64,000 bases of DNA from Alphaproteobacteria bacterium (GCA_965225945.1 CBDDBZ010000039.1:1-64000); one strand, 5' to 3'; positions 31,687-42,582 are shown, counted from the stretch's first letter. Translations and numbers: made by a program. The notes: generated by a model not told the origin, from the sequence alone.

Positions 31687-32772
31687 CTAGATCTTGCCCT
31701 CGGCCGAGGGGTAGTCGTCGATGCCGAGAAGCGGGCGAAAATCCGCGCTCGCCTCGGCCTTGGCCAATTCCAGCGGCGTGCCGGTGGCGTCGGCCACCCG
31801 GTCGATGGCGTCGAACTGGGCGATCACCGCCGCCGCGTCGACCAGCGCGGGCTCTCCCATTGCCTCGGCGATCGCGTCTCGCGCGGCCCGGATAGCCGTC
31901 GTGTCCGCCGCCAGCACCGCCTCGGCGAAGCCGACGAGCAGGGCGCCGTGGGCGATGCCGCCGTCGCCCCGGCCGCCGTTCACCACCTCCAGATCATAAT
32001 CTCCACCGCTCTCTCGGCCGCTCTCACGGAGCATCGCCACGTGCGAGGTGGTTCAGTAGACGCACTGGTTCAAGGCCGAAACCCGGGCCGCCAGCAGCTC
32101 GATCTGGGCTCGGTCGATGGCGCGATTCAGCGCCGCGCCGCCCCGGATCCTGGGCACGTCGAGATAGTGTGCCTCGCCTAGGTCGAAGAAGCCGATCACC
32201 TCCTCCGGCACCAGGCTCAGGGCCCGAGGGATGTTGGCGCCGCGCCCGCCGGCATAGAGCTCCGGGTCGTCGGGTCCGACCTCGTCGGGCGCCAGCGTCG
32301 GCACCCAGTGATGGGCCATGGCTGCACCCGCCGGGCGTCGCTCGCACGGCTGGCCCGCGAGCGCCCTGGGCAGCGCCGGGGCCGGCTGGCCCAAGGCCAG
32401 ATGGAAGCTGTCGATCAACACCACCGTCGCGACCACGCCCGCGAGCTCCACATAGTGCTCGACCGAGAGACCGCCGGCCAGCACGCCCTGGTACCAATCG
32501 CGGGTGAGCCGGCCGGGATCGGTGCGGATCGCGTGGATCGCCTCCACCGCCGGCGCCGGCAGTTCGCCCAGATGGTCGTGCTCGCCACGTTGCGCGCGGG
32601 GCGAGAGCGCATCCAGCCGCCGGAGGCAGAGCTCGCAATCGACCGCGTGCCTGGTCTCCGCCGCGATTGCCACCCGCTCCGTCCCGCTCCACCAGACGCC
32701 GGGGGCTTTGAGCCGATCCCAGGCGCGCCGCTGGCTCTGCACGATATCGTCGCGAACTTCGTACCCGCTCAT
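31687..32772 (-). CDS. AhpD-like alkylhydroperoxidase-related selenoprotein, 361 aa, in-frame UGA (codon 240) probably Sec
   Basis: ORFs 32053-32772 and 31687-32040 are in frame and 12 nt apart: ...QIELLAARVSALNQCVY-UGA-TTSHVAMLRES..., giving CxxU..SH; SECIS-like hairpin follows. Confidence 0.8.
32012..32047 (-). promoter_or_regulatory. Candidate bacterial SECIS element
   Basis: UGGC-gau-GCUC-(cguga)-GAGC-g-GCCG; apical loop starts 24 nt after the UGA with G at loop position 2. Confidence 0.55.
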
Positions 32773-32883
32773 CTCGTCGTCTCCCCGCTGGGCTTCCAGA
32801 ATCTTACGCCCGAGCCGAGTTGATGTCTCGCCCCGCGTCGCTAGTATCGCTCTCTCGCGGCAACGAACGAGGGGAGGGTCACC

Positions 32884-34482
32884 ATGGCGGCCATGATTAG
32901 TCCGGTCGAACTCAAGGCCCGAATCGCGGCCGGTGCCGAGTTGGCGATCCTCGACGTCAGGGAGGAGGGCGCGCATTCTCAGGGCCACCCCTTCTATGCC
33001 GCGCCCGTACCGCTCGGCCGGCTGGAGCTGATGGTCCTCGATATGGTGCCGCGCAAGGCGACGCCGGTCGTGCTGGTCGACGACGGCACCGACCTCAGCC
33101 GGCGCGCCGCGACGCGCATGGCCGGCCTCGGCTACACCGAGGTGGCGATCCTGGAGGGCGGTGCGCCGGGCTGGGAGGCGGCGGGCTTCGAGCTCTTCAG
33201 CGGCGTCCACGTGCCGAGCAAGGCCTTCGGCGAATATGTCGAGCATCACTACGGAACGCCGCATATCGATGCCGACACGCTCAAGGCGATGATGGACGGG
33301 GCTGACGATTTCGTGATCCTCGACAGCCGCCCCTTCGACGAGTTCGCGGTCATGAGCATCCCGGGCGGGATCGACGTGCCCGGGGCGGAGCTGGCCTACC
33401 GGGTGCGCGATATCGCGCCCGATTCCCAGACCACGGTGGTGGTCAACTGCGCCGGGCGCACCCGCTCCATCATCGGCGCCCAATCGCTGATCAACGCCGG
33501 CATTCCGAACCGCGTGGTGGCGCTGGAGAACGGCACCATGGGCTGGCATCTGGCCGGCCACGCGCTGGAGCACGGCGAAAGCCGGACTTACGGATCGGTG
33601 AGCGAGGCCGCCCGGCCCGGCCTGCGGGAGAGCGTCGAACGGCTCAAGCAACGCTTCGGCGTCGAGGTCATCGATCACGCGAGGCTCGAGGCCTGGCGGG
33701 CCGAGGCGGACACCCGCTCGCTCTACCTGCTCGACGTCCGTGCGCGCGAGGACTACGAGGCCGGTCACCTGCCGGGCTCCGGCTGGGCGCCCGGCGGGCA
33801 ACTGGTGCAGGAAACCGAAACCTGGGTCGCCACGCTGGGCGGCCGAATCGTGCTGATCGACGACGCCATGGTCCGCGCGGTGCTGACCGCTTCCTGGTTG
33901 GTCCAATCGGGCTGGGGCGAGGTCGCGGTGCTCGACGCGCCCTTCGAGGGTCGGTCGCTGGAACAGGGTCCCTGGCGCCGGACGATGCCGGCCATCGCCG
34001 AGGCGGCGCATGACCAGGTCTCGCCCGAGGGCTTGCGGGCGATGCTGGAGGCGGGCGAGGCGGTGGTCGTCGATCTGGCGCCGAGCGCGGAACACGAGAT
34101 GGGCCACGTGCCGGGCGCCTGGTACGCGGTCCGAGCCCACTTCCCCACCACTTTGGCGAAACTGCCGGGCGCGGGCGCGATCGTGCTGACCTCGCCCGAC
34201 GGCATCCTCGCCCGGCTGGCCGCACCCGAGGCCTCGGAGCTGACGGCCCGAGCGGTCAAGGTGCTGGCCGGCGGCACACACGCCTGGCGCACGGCCGGAG
34301 GGGCGCTAGAGGAAGGTCTCCCCAACATGGCCGACGCGCGCAACGATGCCTGGCTCAGGCCCTATCAACAGCCGGGCGACGTGGAGGAGAGGATGCGTGC
34401 CTATCTCACCTGGGAAGGGAACCTGGTGGCGCAGATCGCCCGCGACGGCGATCACCGCTTCCGCCTGTTTCCCGAGGCCTGA
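32884..34482 (+). CDS. Four-domain rhodanese/sulfurtransferase
   Basis: ILDVREE, LDSRP, LLDVR..EDYEAGHLPG, GHVPGAW repeats; active-site loop NCAGRTRS. Confidence 0.9.
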   Translation: MAAMISPVELKARIAAGAELAILDVREEGAHSQGHPFYAAPVPLGRLELMVLDMVPRKATPVVLVDDGTDLSRRAATRMAGLGYTEVAILEGGAPGWEAAGFELFSGVHVPSKAFGEYVEHHYGTPHIDADTLKAMMDGADDFVILDSRPFDEFAVMSIPGGIDVPGAELAYRVRDIAPDSQTTVVVNCAGRTRSIIGAQSLINAGIPNRVVALENGTMGWHLAGHALEHGESRTYGSVSEAARPGLRESVERLKQRFGVEVIDHARLEAWRAEADTRSLYLLDVRAREDYEAGHLPGSGWAPGGQLVQETETWVATLGGRIVLIDDAMVRAVLTASWLVQSGWGEVAVLDAPFEGRSLEQGPWRRTMPAIAEAAHDQVSPEGLRAMLEAGEAVVVDLAPSAEHEMGHVPGAWYAVRAHFPTTLAKLPGAGAIVLTSPDGILARLAAPEASELTARAVKVLAGGTHAWRTAGGALEEGLPNMADARNDAWLRPYQQPGDVEERMRAYLTWEGNLVAQIARDGDHRFRLFPEA

Positions 34483-34494
34483 GGGGCGCCCGCG

Positions 34495-35748
34495 GTGAAC
34501 GCCGAATTGGGCGAGCGCCGCGTCGCCGTCGTGGGCGCCGGGATCGTCGGCCTCGCCACCGCGCTCTATCTCCAGCGCGAGGGCTTCCGGGTCGCGCTAT
34601 TCGACAAGGGCGGGGTGGGCGAGGGCGCCTCCTACGGCAACGCCGGCGTCATGGCGGTGGGCTCGGTGCTGCCCGTCGGCATGCCGGGGATCGCCAAGCA
34701 GGTGCCGGGGATGCTGCTGGACCCGCTCGGCCCGCTCACCATTCGCTGGTCCTACCTGGCGCGGATCGCGCCCTGGCTGCTTCGGATGTTGAAGCACACC
34801 AGCCACGAGGAGGTGGTGCGAATCTCCGGCGCCATGGCCTCGCTCAACCTGTCGTCGATCGCCCATTACGAGCCGTTGCTGGAGGACGCGGGCGCCCGCG
34901 ATCTGGTCGGCCGTTCCGGCTCGCTCTCCGTCTTCACCACCGAGGCCGAGCTGACCGACGCCCAGTTCGGCATCGAGCTTCGCCGCCGCCACGGTGTCGA
35001 GTTCGAGCCGCTGGGCCCGGACGAATTGCGCCAGATGGTCCCGGCGCTGTCGCCCGATCTGGCCGGCGCGATCTTCTTGCCCGGAGCCGGCCATTGCCTG
35101 AATCCGCTGGCGCTGAGCCAGTCCTTCGCCCGTCTGCTCGAGCAGCGGGGTGGCGCCTTTCACCGGGAAGAGGTGGTGGATTTCGACATCGGGCCCGAGG
35201 GACCGAGCCATGTGGTGACCGACGCCGCGCGCCATGCCTTCGACGAGGTGGTGATCGCCGCCGGCGCCTATTCCCGCCCGCTCGCCCGCCGGCTCGGGGC
35301 CAGCGTGCCCCTGGAGACCGAGCGCGGCTATCACGTGATGCTGCCCGATCCCGGGATCGACGTCCGTCTGCCGATGCTGTTCAACGGCTTGGGTTTCGGC
35401 GTGACGCCGATGGCCGACGGCCTGCGCTGCGCCGGCACGGTGGAGTTCGCCGGGGTCTACGCCGAGCCCAATTACGCCCGGGCCGAGGCGATTCTGACCA
35501 AGGCCAAGCGGGTCCTGCCCGGGCTCCGGGACGCGGGCGTCGAGCGCTGGATGGGCCGGCGTCCCTCGCTGCCGGATTCGCTGCCCGTGATCGCCCGCTC
35601 GCCGCGTTTCCGCAACGTCTACCTCGCTTTCGGACACGGCCACCTGGGCCTGACCCAGGCGGCGGTCACGGGACGGATGATCGCCGATATGATGACGGGG
35701 CGTTCGCCGGCAGTCGATCCATCGCCCTTCCGCGCCGACCGTTTTTGA
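34495..35748 (+). CDS. FAD-dependent D-amino acid dehydrogenase/oxidase family protein
   Basis: VVGAGIVG, GASYGNAG, ERGYH, WMGRRPSLPDSLP, FGHGHLGLT. Confidence 0.9.
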   Translation: MNAELGERRVAVVGAGIVGLATALYLQREGFRVALFDKGGVGEGASYGNAGVMAVGSVLPVGMPGIAKQVPGMLLDPLGPLTIRWSYLARIAPWLLRMLKHTSHEEVVRISGAMASLNLSSIAHYEPLLEDAGARDLVGRSGSLSVFTTEAELTDAQFGIELRRRHGVEFEPLGPDELRQMVPALSPDLAGAIFLPGAGHCLNPLALSQSFARLLEQRGGAFHREEVVDFDIGPEGPSHVVTDAARHAFDEVVIAAGAYSRPLARRLGASVPLETERGYHVMLPDPGIDVRLPMLFNGLGFGVTPMADGLRCAGTVEFAGVYAEPNYARAEAILTKAKRVLPGLRDAGVERWMGRRPSLPDSLPVIARSPRFRNVYLAFGHGHLGLTQAAVTGRMIADMMTGRSPAVDPSPFRADRF

Positions 35749-35752
35749 ACGC

Positions 35753-35974
35753 CTATGGAACTTCGTCGCGGTCCGTCAGGGCCTCGGCCAGGGCTTCCTC
35801 CAGCTCCGCCAGCTCGTCGGGCTCCAGCTCGTCGAAGGGTGCCTGTTCGGTCAGCCGGTAGTGCCCACCGAACCAGCGGGCGAGATCGGCGTCGGCGCAA
35901 CGGCGCGAGCAGAAGGGGTGGTAGCGCTGCACCACATCGCGACCGCAAATCGCACAAGTCTTCTTCGCCGTCAT
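35753..35974 (-). CDS. yacG: DNA gyrase inhibitor YacG
   Basis: CAIC...YHPFCSRRCADADLARW. Confidence 0.92.
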   Translation of the reverse strand: MTAKKTCAICGRDVVQRYHPFCSRRCADADLARWFGGHYRLTEQAPFDELEPDELAELEEALAEALTDRDEVP

Positions 35975-37374
35975 GGCGAGCCTCCGGCTTCGAGGCGCCA
36001 AGTCTCGCGCGCCAGCCCGATTTCCGCCACCAGTTCGATTGAGCGCCCGAGGCGCTGCCCGAGCGCGACCGCCACGCTATCGGAATCGGGGATCGCGGCG
36101 ATCACCTCGGGGACCGCGACCAGCCGCAATGTTGTCGAAGCGTATGTCGCGCCGGGTTCGGGCCTCGATACCTCGCGTAGCATCCGCGCGGCCAGGGCAC
36201 GGGCGGTGAGGTCCGGGGTTCCCGGTTGCAGCAGCATTTCGGCCAGCGAGGGCCGGTTGCGCGCGCGGGCGATCTCCACCAGGCCGAGGGGCGAGAAGCC
36301 GCCGTGGCGAGTCGGTGTTGGATCCTCGGCCCGCGCGGCATCGAAGGCGGCGATGACGGCGTCGCGGTCGGCGCGGGAATCGAGCTTCAGGAAATCCACC
36401 ACGATCAGGCCACCGATGGCCCTGAGACGGAGTTGACAGGCGATCTCCACCGCCGCCTCCAGGTCGACCCGGCGCGCGGTCCGCCCCCGCCCGCCCTCGG
36501 CCCCGTCGGTCCCGCTGTCGACGTCGATCGCAACCAACGCCCGGGTCGGCTCGATGATGAGCCGTCCGCCCGACGGCAGCGCCACCTCCGGCGCCAGCGC
36601 CGCCAGAATCGCGGCCTCGATGTCGTGCGCTTCGAACAGCGCTTGCCGCGCGGCGTGATGGCGCAGCCCATCGAGCGCGTCCGGCCGGTGGCGAGTGCAC
36701 CAGGCTCGCGCCCGGGCAAGTGCGTCGAGATCGTCGATGACGATATCCACCGGCCCGTCCGCCATCTCGCGCAGCACGCGGCGGACCACGTCGTCGTCGA
36801 GATCGAGCGCCATCGGCGCGCTGCCCGACTCGGCGCGGGCCACGATGTCGCGCCAGAAGCCCGCGAGATCCTCGGCCTCGGCGGCGAGCGCGGCGTCCTT
36901 GGCACCCTCGGCGCGGGAGCGAACGACGAAGGCGAAACCGTGCGCCGCCATCGCTGCCCCGGCCCAGGCTTCGAGTCGGCGGCGTTCCCCTGCGTCACGG
37001 AGACGCGGCGATAGGCGCACGGCATCGGCGAACGGCGCCAGCACCAAGCGGTGGCCGACCAGCGTTGCCGCCGTCGTCAGGCGCGCGCCCTTCTCGGCAC
37101 TGGGCGGCCGCGTGACCTGGACGAGCACGGCCGCGCCCTCCGCCGGTCGTCGCCCGTGGCCGAGCGGCAGGAAACCGTCCGGGCCCCCGCCCAATTCGAC
37201 GAAGGCGGCGGAGAGCGAGGGCACGACACGGCGCACCCGGCCGAGATGAAGCGCGCCGACCACGAAGCGTTCGCCCAGAGGATGGATCTCGATCTCGAGC
37301 AGACGGCCGGCGCCGTGCCGCGCCACCCGGGTCTCGATCGGCCCGACCTCGATCCTGATCTCCGCCTCGCTCAC
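35971..37374 (-). CDS. Ribonuclease E/G family protein
   Basis: S1 region (AAFVELG, VLVQV), LPSGGRLIIEPT.ALVAIDVDSG, LRLRAIGGLIVVDF. Confidence 0.88.
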   Translation of the reverse strand: MSEAEIRIEVGPIETRVARHGAGRLLEIEIHPLGERFVVGALHLGRVRRVVPSLSAAFVELGGGPDGFLPLGHGRRPAEGAAVLVQVTRPPSAEKGARLTTAATLVGHRLVLAPFADAVRLSPRLRDAGERRRLEAWAGAAMAAHGFAFVVRSRAEGAKDAALAAEAEDLAGFWRDIVARAESGSAPMALDLDDDVVRRVLREMADGPVDIVIDDLDALARARAWCTRHRPDALDGLRHHAARQALFEAHDIEAAILAALAPEVALPSGGRLIIEPTRALVAIDVDSGTDGAEGGRGRTARRVDLEAAVEIACQLRLRAIGGLIVVDFLKLDSRADRDAVIAAFDAARAEDPTPTRHGGFSPLGLVEIARARNRPSLAEMLLQPGTPDLTARALAARMLREVSRPEPGATYASTTLRLVAVPEVIAAIPDSDSVAVALGQRLGRSIELVAEIGLARETWRLEAGGSP

Positions 37375-37961
37375 GGCTGGCTCTCGCCCGTCCCGGGCGG
37401 CAGCGGATAGCCGAGCCCGCCCAAGAGATTCCAGGTCTCGGCGAGCGGCAATCCGACGACGTTGGAGTGGGAGCCGTTCAAGCTCCGGACGAACACCTCG
37501 GCCCGGCCCTGGATGGCATAGCCGCCGGCCTTGCCGCGCCATTCGCCGGAGGCGAGATACCAGGCGATCTCGCGCGGACTCAGGCGCTTGAAGCCGACCG
37601 TCGAGACCACGCGGCGCTGGCCCGCCCGGCCGTCGGGGGCGATAGCCACGACCCCGGTGATCACGCGATGGCGCCGGCCGGAGAGACGGCGCAGGCATCG
37701 CTCGGCCGTCGCCGGGTCTTCGGCCTTCGGCAATACGCGCCGGCCCATGGCGACCACGGTATCGGCCGCCAGCACAAACTCGCCGGGCCAATTCCGCGCG
37801 ACCGCCGCCGCCTTGGCGCTCGCCAGACGCTGGACCAGCGCCATCGGCGTCTCGTCGGCCTCGGGCGTCTCGTCGATTTGCGCCGCCTGGGTGGCGTCCG
37901 GGGCAAGGCCGACGCGGCGCAGAAGTTCCAGCCGCCGGGGCGAGGCCGAGGCCAGAATCAG
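37371..37961 (-). CDS. maf: Maf family nucleotide pyrophosphatase (no canonical start; CTG/ATT assumed)
   Basis: LILASASPRR, IDET, LAADTVV, LSGRRHRVITG, GKAGGYAIQG, SNVVGLPL in one frame. Confidence 0.88.
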   Translation of the reverse strand: MILASASPRRLELLRRVGLAPDATQAAQIDETPEADETPMALVQRLASAKAAAVARNWPGEFVLAADTVVAMGRRVLPKAEDPATAERCLRRLSGRRHRVITGVVAIAPDGRAGQRRVVSTVGFKRLSPREIAWYLASGEWRGKAGGYAIQGRAEVFVRSLNGSHSNVVGLPLAETWNLLGGLGYPLPPGTGESQP

Positions 37962-38007
37962 CCGGGGCGCGCCGTGCGACGTCGCGCCGCGCGCGTCCCC
38001 GGAGGCG

Positions 38008-38226
38008 TTATTTGTAGCGATAGGTGATGCGGCCCTTGGACAGGTCGTACGGCGTCATCTCCACCAGCACCTTGTCGCCGGCGAGAACGCGGATCCGATG
38101 CTTGCGCATCTTCCCCGCCGTATGCGCCAGAACCTCGTGGCCATTTTCGAGGATCACGCGAAACATCGCGTTGGGCAGCAGCTCCTTCACCGTGCCCGGA
38201 AACTCCAACAATTCCTCTTTCGCCAT
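38008..38226 (-). CDS. infA: Translation initiation factor IF-1
   Basis: [34 protein letters not shown]. Confidence 0.98.
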   Translation of the reverse strand: MAKEELLEFPGTVKELLPNAMFRVILENGHEVLAHTAGKMRKHRIRVLAGDKVLVEMTPYDLSKGRITYRYK

Positions 38227-38338
38227 TCCGTCTCCAAGTCATGTGTATCGCCAGGGCGGGCACAAGATGCGGAGGCGGCCGGCAAAAATCAACCTGTTTG
38301 CGGCGCGACCGCGTCGCCGGATCGCTCGATCCCGCCCC

Positions 38339-38812
38339 TCAGCCTCGGCCTCGAAGCACGCAAATCAGGGTGAAGAGGCGCCGCGCGGTCTCGAAATCGA
38401 TGTCGATCTCGCCGTCGAGGCGCCGGCGAAGCACTTCCGAGCCCTCGTTGTGGAGCGCCCGGCGGCCGACGTCGATCGCCTCCACCCGCGAGGGCGTGGA
38501 GGTGAGTGCCGCGTAGTAGCCCTCGCAGACCGTGGCGTAGTCGCGGATCACCTGGCGCAGCGGCGTCAGCGACAAGAGAAACAGCCCCACATGCGCCCCC
38601 TCGCCATCGCTGACGGCGATGGCGAGGCGGTTTTCCTGCATGGCGAGGCGAACGTCGTAGGGCCCGCCCTCGTTGTCGCGCGGCCGGAAGTAGTTCTCGT
38701 GCAGCAGGTCCGCCATGGCGACGCGGCGTTCCTGCTCCAGGTGCGGCGCGCGCCGCGAGACGGAACTCTCGTCCAGGCTGATATGGGCGATCCGATAGCT
38801 GGCGGCGCTCAT
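38339..38812 (-). CDS. UPF0262 family protein
   Basis: ER.VAMADLL.EN.F, IDVGRRALHNEGS, DFETARRLFTL; conserved position after hisD. Confidence 0.9.
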   Translation of the reverse strand: MSAASYRIAHISLDESSVSRRAPHLEQERRVAMADLLHENYFRPRDNEGGPYDVRLAMQENRLAIAVSDGEGAHVGLFLLSLTPLRQVIRDYATVCEGYYAALTSTPSRVEAIDVGRRALHNEGSEVLRRRLDGEIDIDFETARRLFTLICVLRGRG

Positions 38813-38817
38813 CGCGA

Positions 38818-40119
38818 TCACACCAGCGCGTCGAGCCGCGTGGCGACGGAGCGGGCGTGCGCGTCCAAGCCCTCGGCCTCGGCCAGGCGGACGGCGCTCG
38901 GGCCGATGGCTTTAAGGCCGGCTTCGGTGCAGGCGACGAGGCTGGAGCGCTTGAGGAAGTCCAACACCGAGAGGCCGGAGGAAAACCGGGCGCTCCGGGC
39001 CGTCGGCAGCACATGGTTGGGGCCGGCCACGTAATCGCCGATCGCCTCCGGCGTCCAACGGCCGAGGAAGATGGCGCCGGCGTTGCTCACAGCTGTCGCC
39101 AGCGCCTCCGGTTCGGCGACGGCGAGTTCCAGATGTTCGGGCGCAATTTCGTCGATCAGCGCCGGCGCCTCCGAGCTTAGATCGCCGACGAGGATGACGG
39201 CGCCGTGGCGGGCCCAGCTCTCGCCGGCGATCTCGGCGCGGGGTAGCTCGGCGAGGATGGCCTCGATTCGCGCACTCACACGCTCGGCGAAGGCCAAATC
39301 GTCGGTGATCAAGATCGCCTGCGCCGCCCGGTCGTGCTCCGCCTGCGACAGCAGGTCGAGAGCGATCCAATCGGGATCGTTGTCGCCGTCGGCCACCACC
39401 AGGATCTCCGAAGGACCGGCGATCAGGTCGATGCCGACGCGGCCGTAGACCTGACGCTTGGCCTCCGCGACCCAGGCGTTGCCGGGGCCCACGATCTTGT
39501 CCACGGGCGCGATCGTTTCGGTGCCGAAGGCGAGCGCGGCGACCGCCTGGGCGCCACCGATACGATGAATCTCCTCGACTCCGGCTAATTTGGCGGCGGC
39601 GAGCAGCAGGGGACTGCATTTGCCCCCCGGCGTCGGCACCACCATCACCCGCCTGGGCACGCCGGCGATTCGAGCCGGCAGCGCGTTCATCAACACCGAC
39701 GACGGATAGGCCGCCAAGCCGCCGGGGACGTAGAGACCGACCGAGGGGACCGGGCGCCAGCGATGGCCGAGACGGTTTCCGAGGCCGTCGTCATAGAGCT
39801 CGTCGGCGGGCAGCTGGCGGCGGTGATAGGCCTCGATTCGGCTCGCCGCCATCCGCAACGCTTCGAGCGTCGGCGCCTCGATGGAGGCGAGGGCGAGCTC
39901 GATCTCGGCCTCGGGGATCCGGCTGCCGGCGGCCCCGAGATCGACCCGCTCGAAGCGCCGGGTCAGGTCATGGACCGCCGCGTCGCCTTCCCGCCTCACC
40001 CGCTCGAGGATCTCAGCGACCTCGACCTGGAGGTCTCGAGTCTGCTCGCGCTTGGTGGCCAGCAGGGCTTTGAGCGCTGCCTCGAAGCCGGCCTCGCGCG
40101 TTGCCAGCCTATGCGGCAT
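38818..40119 (-). CDS. hisD: Histidinol dehydrogenase
   Basis: [44 protein letters not shown]. Confidence 0.97.
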   Translation of the reverse strand: MPHRLATREAGFEAALKALLATKREQTRDLQVEVAEILERVRREGDAAVHDLTRRFERVDLGAAGSRIPEAEIELALASIEAPTLEALRMAASRIEAYHRRQLPADELYDDGLGNRLGHRWRPVPSVGLYVPGGLAAYPSSVLMNALPARIAGVPRRVMVVPTPGGKCSPLLLAAAKLAGVEEIHRIGGAQAVAALAFGTETIAPVDKIVGPGNAWVAEAKRQVYGRVGIDLIAGPSEILVVADGDNDPDWIALDLLSQAEHDRAAQAILITDDLAFAERVSARIEAILAELPRAEIAGESWARHGAVILVGDLSSEAPALIDEIAPEHLELAVAEPEALATAVSNAGAIFLGRWTPEAIGDYVAGPNHVLPTARSARFSSGLSVLDFLKRSSLVACTEAGLKAIGPSAVRLAEAEGLDAHARSVATRLDALV

Positions 40120-40771
40120 CGAGCGCCTCCTCGAAGCGCTGGACCCAACCGCCGATCCGCTGCGGTCGGGTCTTCATGGCGGCGCGATTGACGATCAGCC
40201 GCGACGTCACCTCGGCGATTCCCTCGACCTCGACCAGCCCGTTGGCGCGCAGCGTGTCGCCGGTGGCGACCAGGTCGACGATCCGCCGGCAGAGGCCGAG
40301 CGCGGGGGCCAGCTCCATGGCGCCGCTCAAGGCGATGCACTCGGCCTGCACGCCCCTGGCCGCGAAGTGAGCCCGAGTGACGCGGGGATATTTGGTGGCG
40401 ATGCGGACGTGACTCCAGGATCTGGGATCGTCGCGGGCCGCGAGGTCCCTGGGCTCGGCCACCGCCAGCCGGCAGGCGCCGATGGCGAGATCGAGGGGCG
40501 CGTAGATCTCCGGATAGTCGAACTCCATCAGGACATCTCGACCGACGACGCCGAGTTGGGCGCCGCCGAAGGCGACGAAGGTCGCAACGTCGAAACTGCG
40601 CACGCGGACGATAGAGACTTGCCGCTCGTTGCAGGCGAAGCGGAGCCGGCGCGCGTCGGGATCGTCGAAAGCCGCCTCCGGCTCCAGACCGGCGCGCCGC
40701 AGCAGCGGGCGGAGTTCCCGCAGGATGCGCCCCTTCGGGACGGCGATTACCAGGGGTTCATTCGCGCTCAA
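40109..40771 (-). CDS. hisG: ATP phosphoribosyltransferase (short form)
   Basis: [37 protein letters not shown]; TTG start assumed. Confidence 0.95.
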   Translation of the reverse strand: MSANEPLVIAVPKGRILRELRPLLRRAGLEPEAAFDDPDARRLRFACNERQVSIVRVRSFDVATFVAFGGAQLGVVGRDVLMEFDYPEIYAPLDLAIGACRLAVAEPRDLAARDDPRSWSHVRIATKYPRVTRAHFAARGVQAECIALSGAMELAPALGLCRRIVDLVATGDTLRANGLVEVEGIAEVTSRLIVNRAAMKTRPQRIGGWVQRFEEALDAA

Positions 40772-40790
40772 CCTTCGTGCCCCCGCATCG

Positions 40791-41243
40791 CTAACCCTGG
40801 CCGTCTCCGTCCAGGGCGTGGTCGGGCCGGTTGGCGGTGGGCCAGGGGCTCCCGGTGTCGGAAAGTCGGGCGTCAAGCGAGTCGGCCTCGAGCCTGAGCC
40901 GGCCACCGCCACCGAATTCGAAGGTGACCTCGACGCCCGGCGTCGTCGCCTCGGCGGTCAACGCCAGCAGCGGGATCAGACCTGTCCGGTGTTCCTGGTC
41001 GACGCCCTGGGTCACCACCTTCCGCACCCCCTCGAAATGCAGACCGGAGCGAATTCGCATCCCCTCCGCCCCCGGCGCCGGGTCCACCACTTCCCACATG
41101 AAGCGGGAGAAGACGACGGCGAAGCGTGCCTCCTCCGAGAGGAAGGCCATGTCCGAGACCGAGGTCAGCGCGTCCTGCAGGCAGGCGGAGATCACCTCGA
41201 GATCTTCCAGGTCCTCGGCGCGCAATTTCAGCAGTTCGCTCAT
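40791..41243 (-). CDS. DUF2948 family protein
   Basis: [24 protein letters not shown]; conserved position after murA. Confidence 0.88.
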   Translation of the reverse strand: MSELLKLRAEDLEDLEVISACLQDALTSVSDMAFLSEEARFAVVFSRFMWEVVDPAPGAEGMRIRSGLHFEGVRKVVTQGVDQEHRTGLIPLLALTAEATTPGVEVTFEFGGGGRLRLEADSLDARLSDTGSPWPTANRPDHALDGDGQG

Positions 41244-41255
41244 CGCCGGCCAAAC

Positions 41256-42536
41256 CTAGCCCGCGACCCGCTCGATCGAGGCGCCACAGGCGGCGAGCTT
41301 GGCCTCGATCCGCTCGTAGCCGCGATCGAGATGATAGACTCGGTTGACCATGGTCTCGCCCTCGGCGCCCAGCCCCGCCAGCACCAGGGAGACCGAGGCG
41401 CGAAGGTCCGTCGCCATCACCGGCGCGCCGGAAAGCCTGGACACGCCCCGGACCAGCGCCGTTCCGCCGTTGACGACGATTTCGGCGCCCATGCGGCGCA
41501 GCTCCTGCACGTGCATGAAGCGGTTTTCGAAGATCGTCTCGGTGATCGCCGCCACCCCCTCCGCCGTCGTCATCAGGGCCATGATCTGGGCCTGCATGTC
41601 GGTCGGGAATCCGGGATAAGGCTGGGTCGTCACGTCGACGCCGCTCACCCTGGCGCCGTTTCGCCAGACGTGGAGATCCTCGCCCCGCTGCTCCAGCCCG
41701 ACACCCGCGTCGAGCAACACCCCCGCCGTCGCCTCGATCAGCTCCAGGCGGCCGCCGGCGAGCGTCACGGCGCCACCGGCGACGGCGACGGCGACGGCAT
41801 AGGTCGCGGTCTCGATCCGATCGGGCAGAACATCGTGCTCGGCTTCGTGCAGCGCCTCGACGCCGTCGATCACCAAGAGATCACCGCCGATCCCCTCGAT
41901 CCTCGCCCCCATGGCGACGAGGCAGCGGGCGAGATCGGCGATCTCCGGTTCGCGCGCCGCGTTCTCCAGTACCGTCCGGCCCCGGGCCAGCACCGCCGCC
42001 ATCATCAGGTTCTCGGTGGCGCCGACCGAGACGCTGGGAAAACGAATGGTCGCGCCGAGCAGGCCTCGGGGCGCGCGGGCCTCGATATAACCGTCCTCCA
42101 GCTCGATCTCGGCGCCGAGACGGCGAAGTCCGTCGATGTGCAGGTTGACGGGGCGGCTGCCGATGGCGCAGCCGCCGGGAAGCGAGACCCGGGCCCGTCG
42201 CCAGCGCGCGAGCAGCGGTCCCAGCACCAGGACGGAGGCGCGCATCTTGCGGACGATGTCGTAGGGCGCGGTCGCGTCGGCCAGATCCCGGGTCGCCAGC
42301 GTGACCCGTTGGCCGGCCGAATCCGCGCCGCCGTTGTCGAGCGTGATGTCGACGCCGTGCCCGGCCAGCAGTCGCAACATGGTCTCGATGTCCGCGAGCC
42401 GGGGCAAATTGGCCAGACGGAGCGGCCGCTCGGTCAGCAGACCCGCCGCCAAGAGCGGTAGTGCCGCGTTCTTGGCCCCGCTGATTGGGATCCGCCCCTC
42501 GAGCGGTCGGCCACCGGTGATGCGAATGCTTTCCAT
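41256..42536 (-). CDS. murA: UDP-N-acetylglucosamine 1-carboxyvinyltransferase
   Basis: [48 protein letters not shown]. Confidence 0.98.
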   Translation of the reverse strand: MESIRITGGRPLEGRIPISGAKNAALPLLAAGLLTERPLRLANLPRLADIETMLRLLAGHGVDITLDNGGADSAGQRVTLATRDLADATAPYDIVRKMRASVLVLGPLLARWRRARVSLPGGCAIGSRPVNLHIDGLRRLGAEIELEDGYIEARAPRGLLGATIRFPSVSVGATENLMMAAVLARGRTVLENAAREPEIADLARCLVAMGARIEGIGGDLLVIDGVEALHEAEHDVLPDRIETATYAVAVAVAGGAVTLAGGRLELIEATAGVLLDAGVGLEQRGEDLHVWRNGARVSGVDVTTQPYPGFPTDMQAQIMALMTTAEGVAAITETIFENRFMHVQELRRMGAEIVVNGGTALVRGVSRLSGAPVMATDLRASVSLVLAGLGAEGETMVNRVYHLDRGYERIEAKLAACGASIERVAG

Positions 42537-42546
42537 GATCTCGCCG

Positions 42547-42582
42547 GATCGGGTTGGTGTAGAAGATCGGGTTGGTGTAGAA
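42547..42582. repeat. Exact 18-bp tandem duplication upstream of murA
   Basis: GATCGGGTTGGTGTAGAA x2. Confidence 0.9.

Noticed and set aside
32773-34281. 742-aa ORF 32053-34281
   Set aside because: The first 503 codons are antisense to the rhodanese gene; the real start is 32772.
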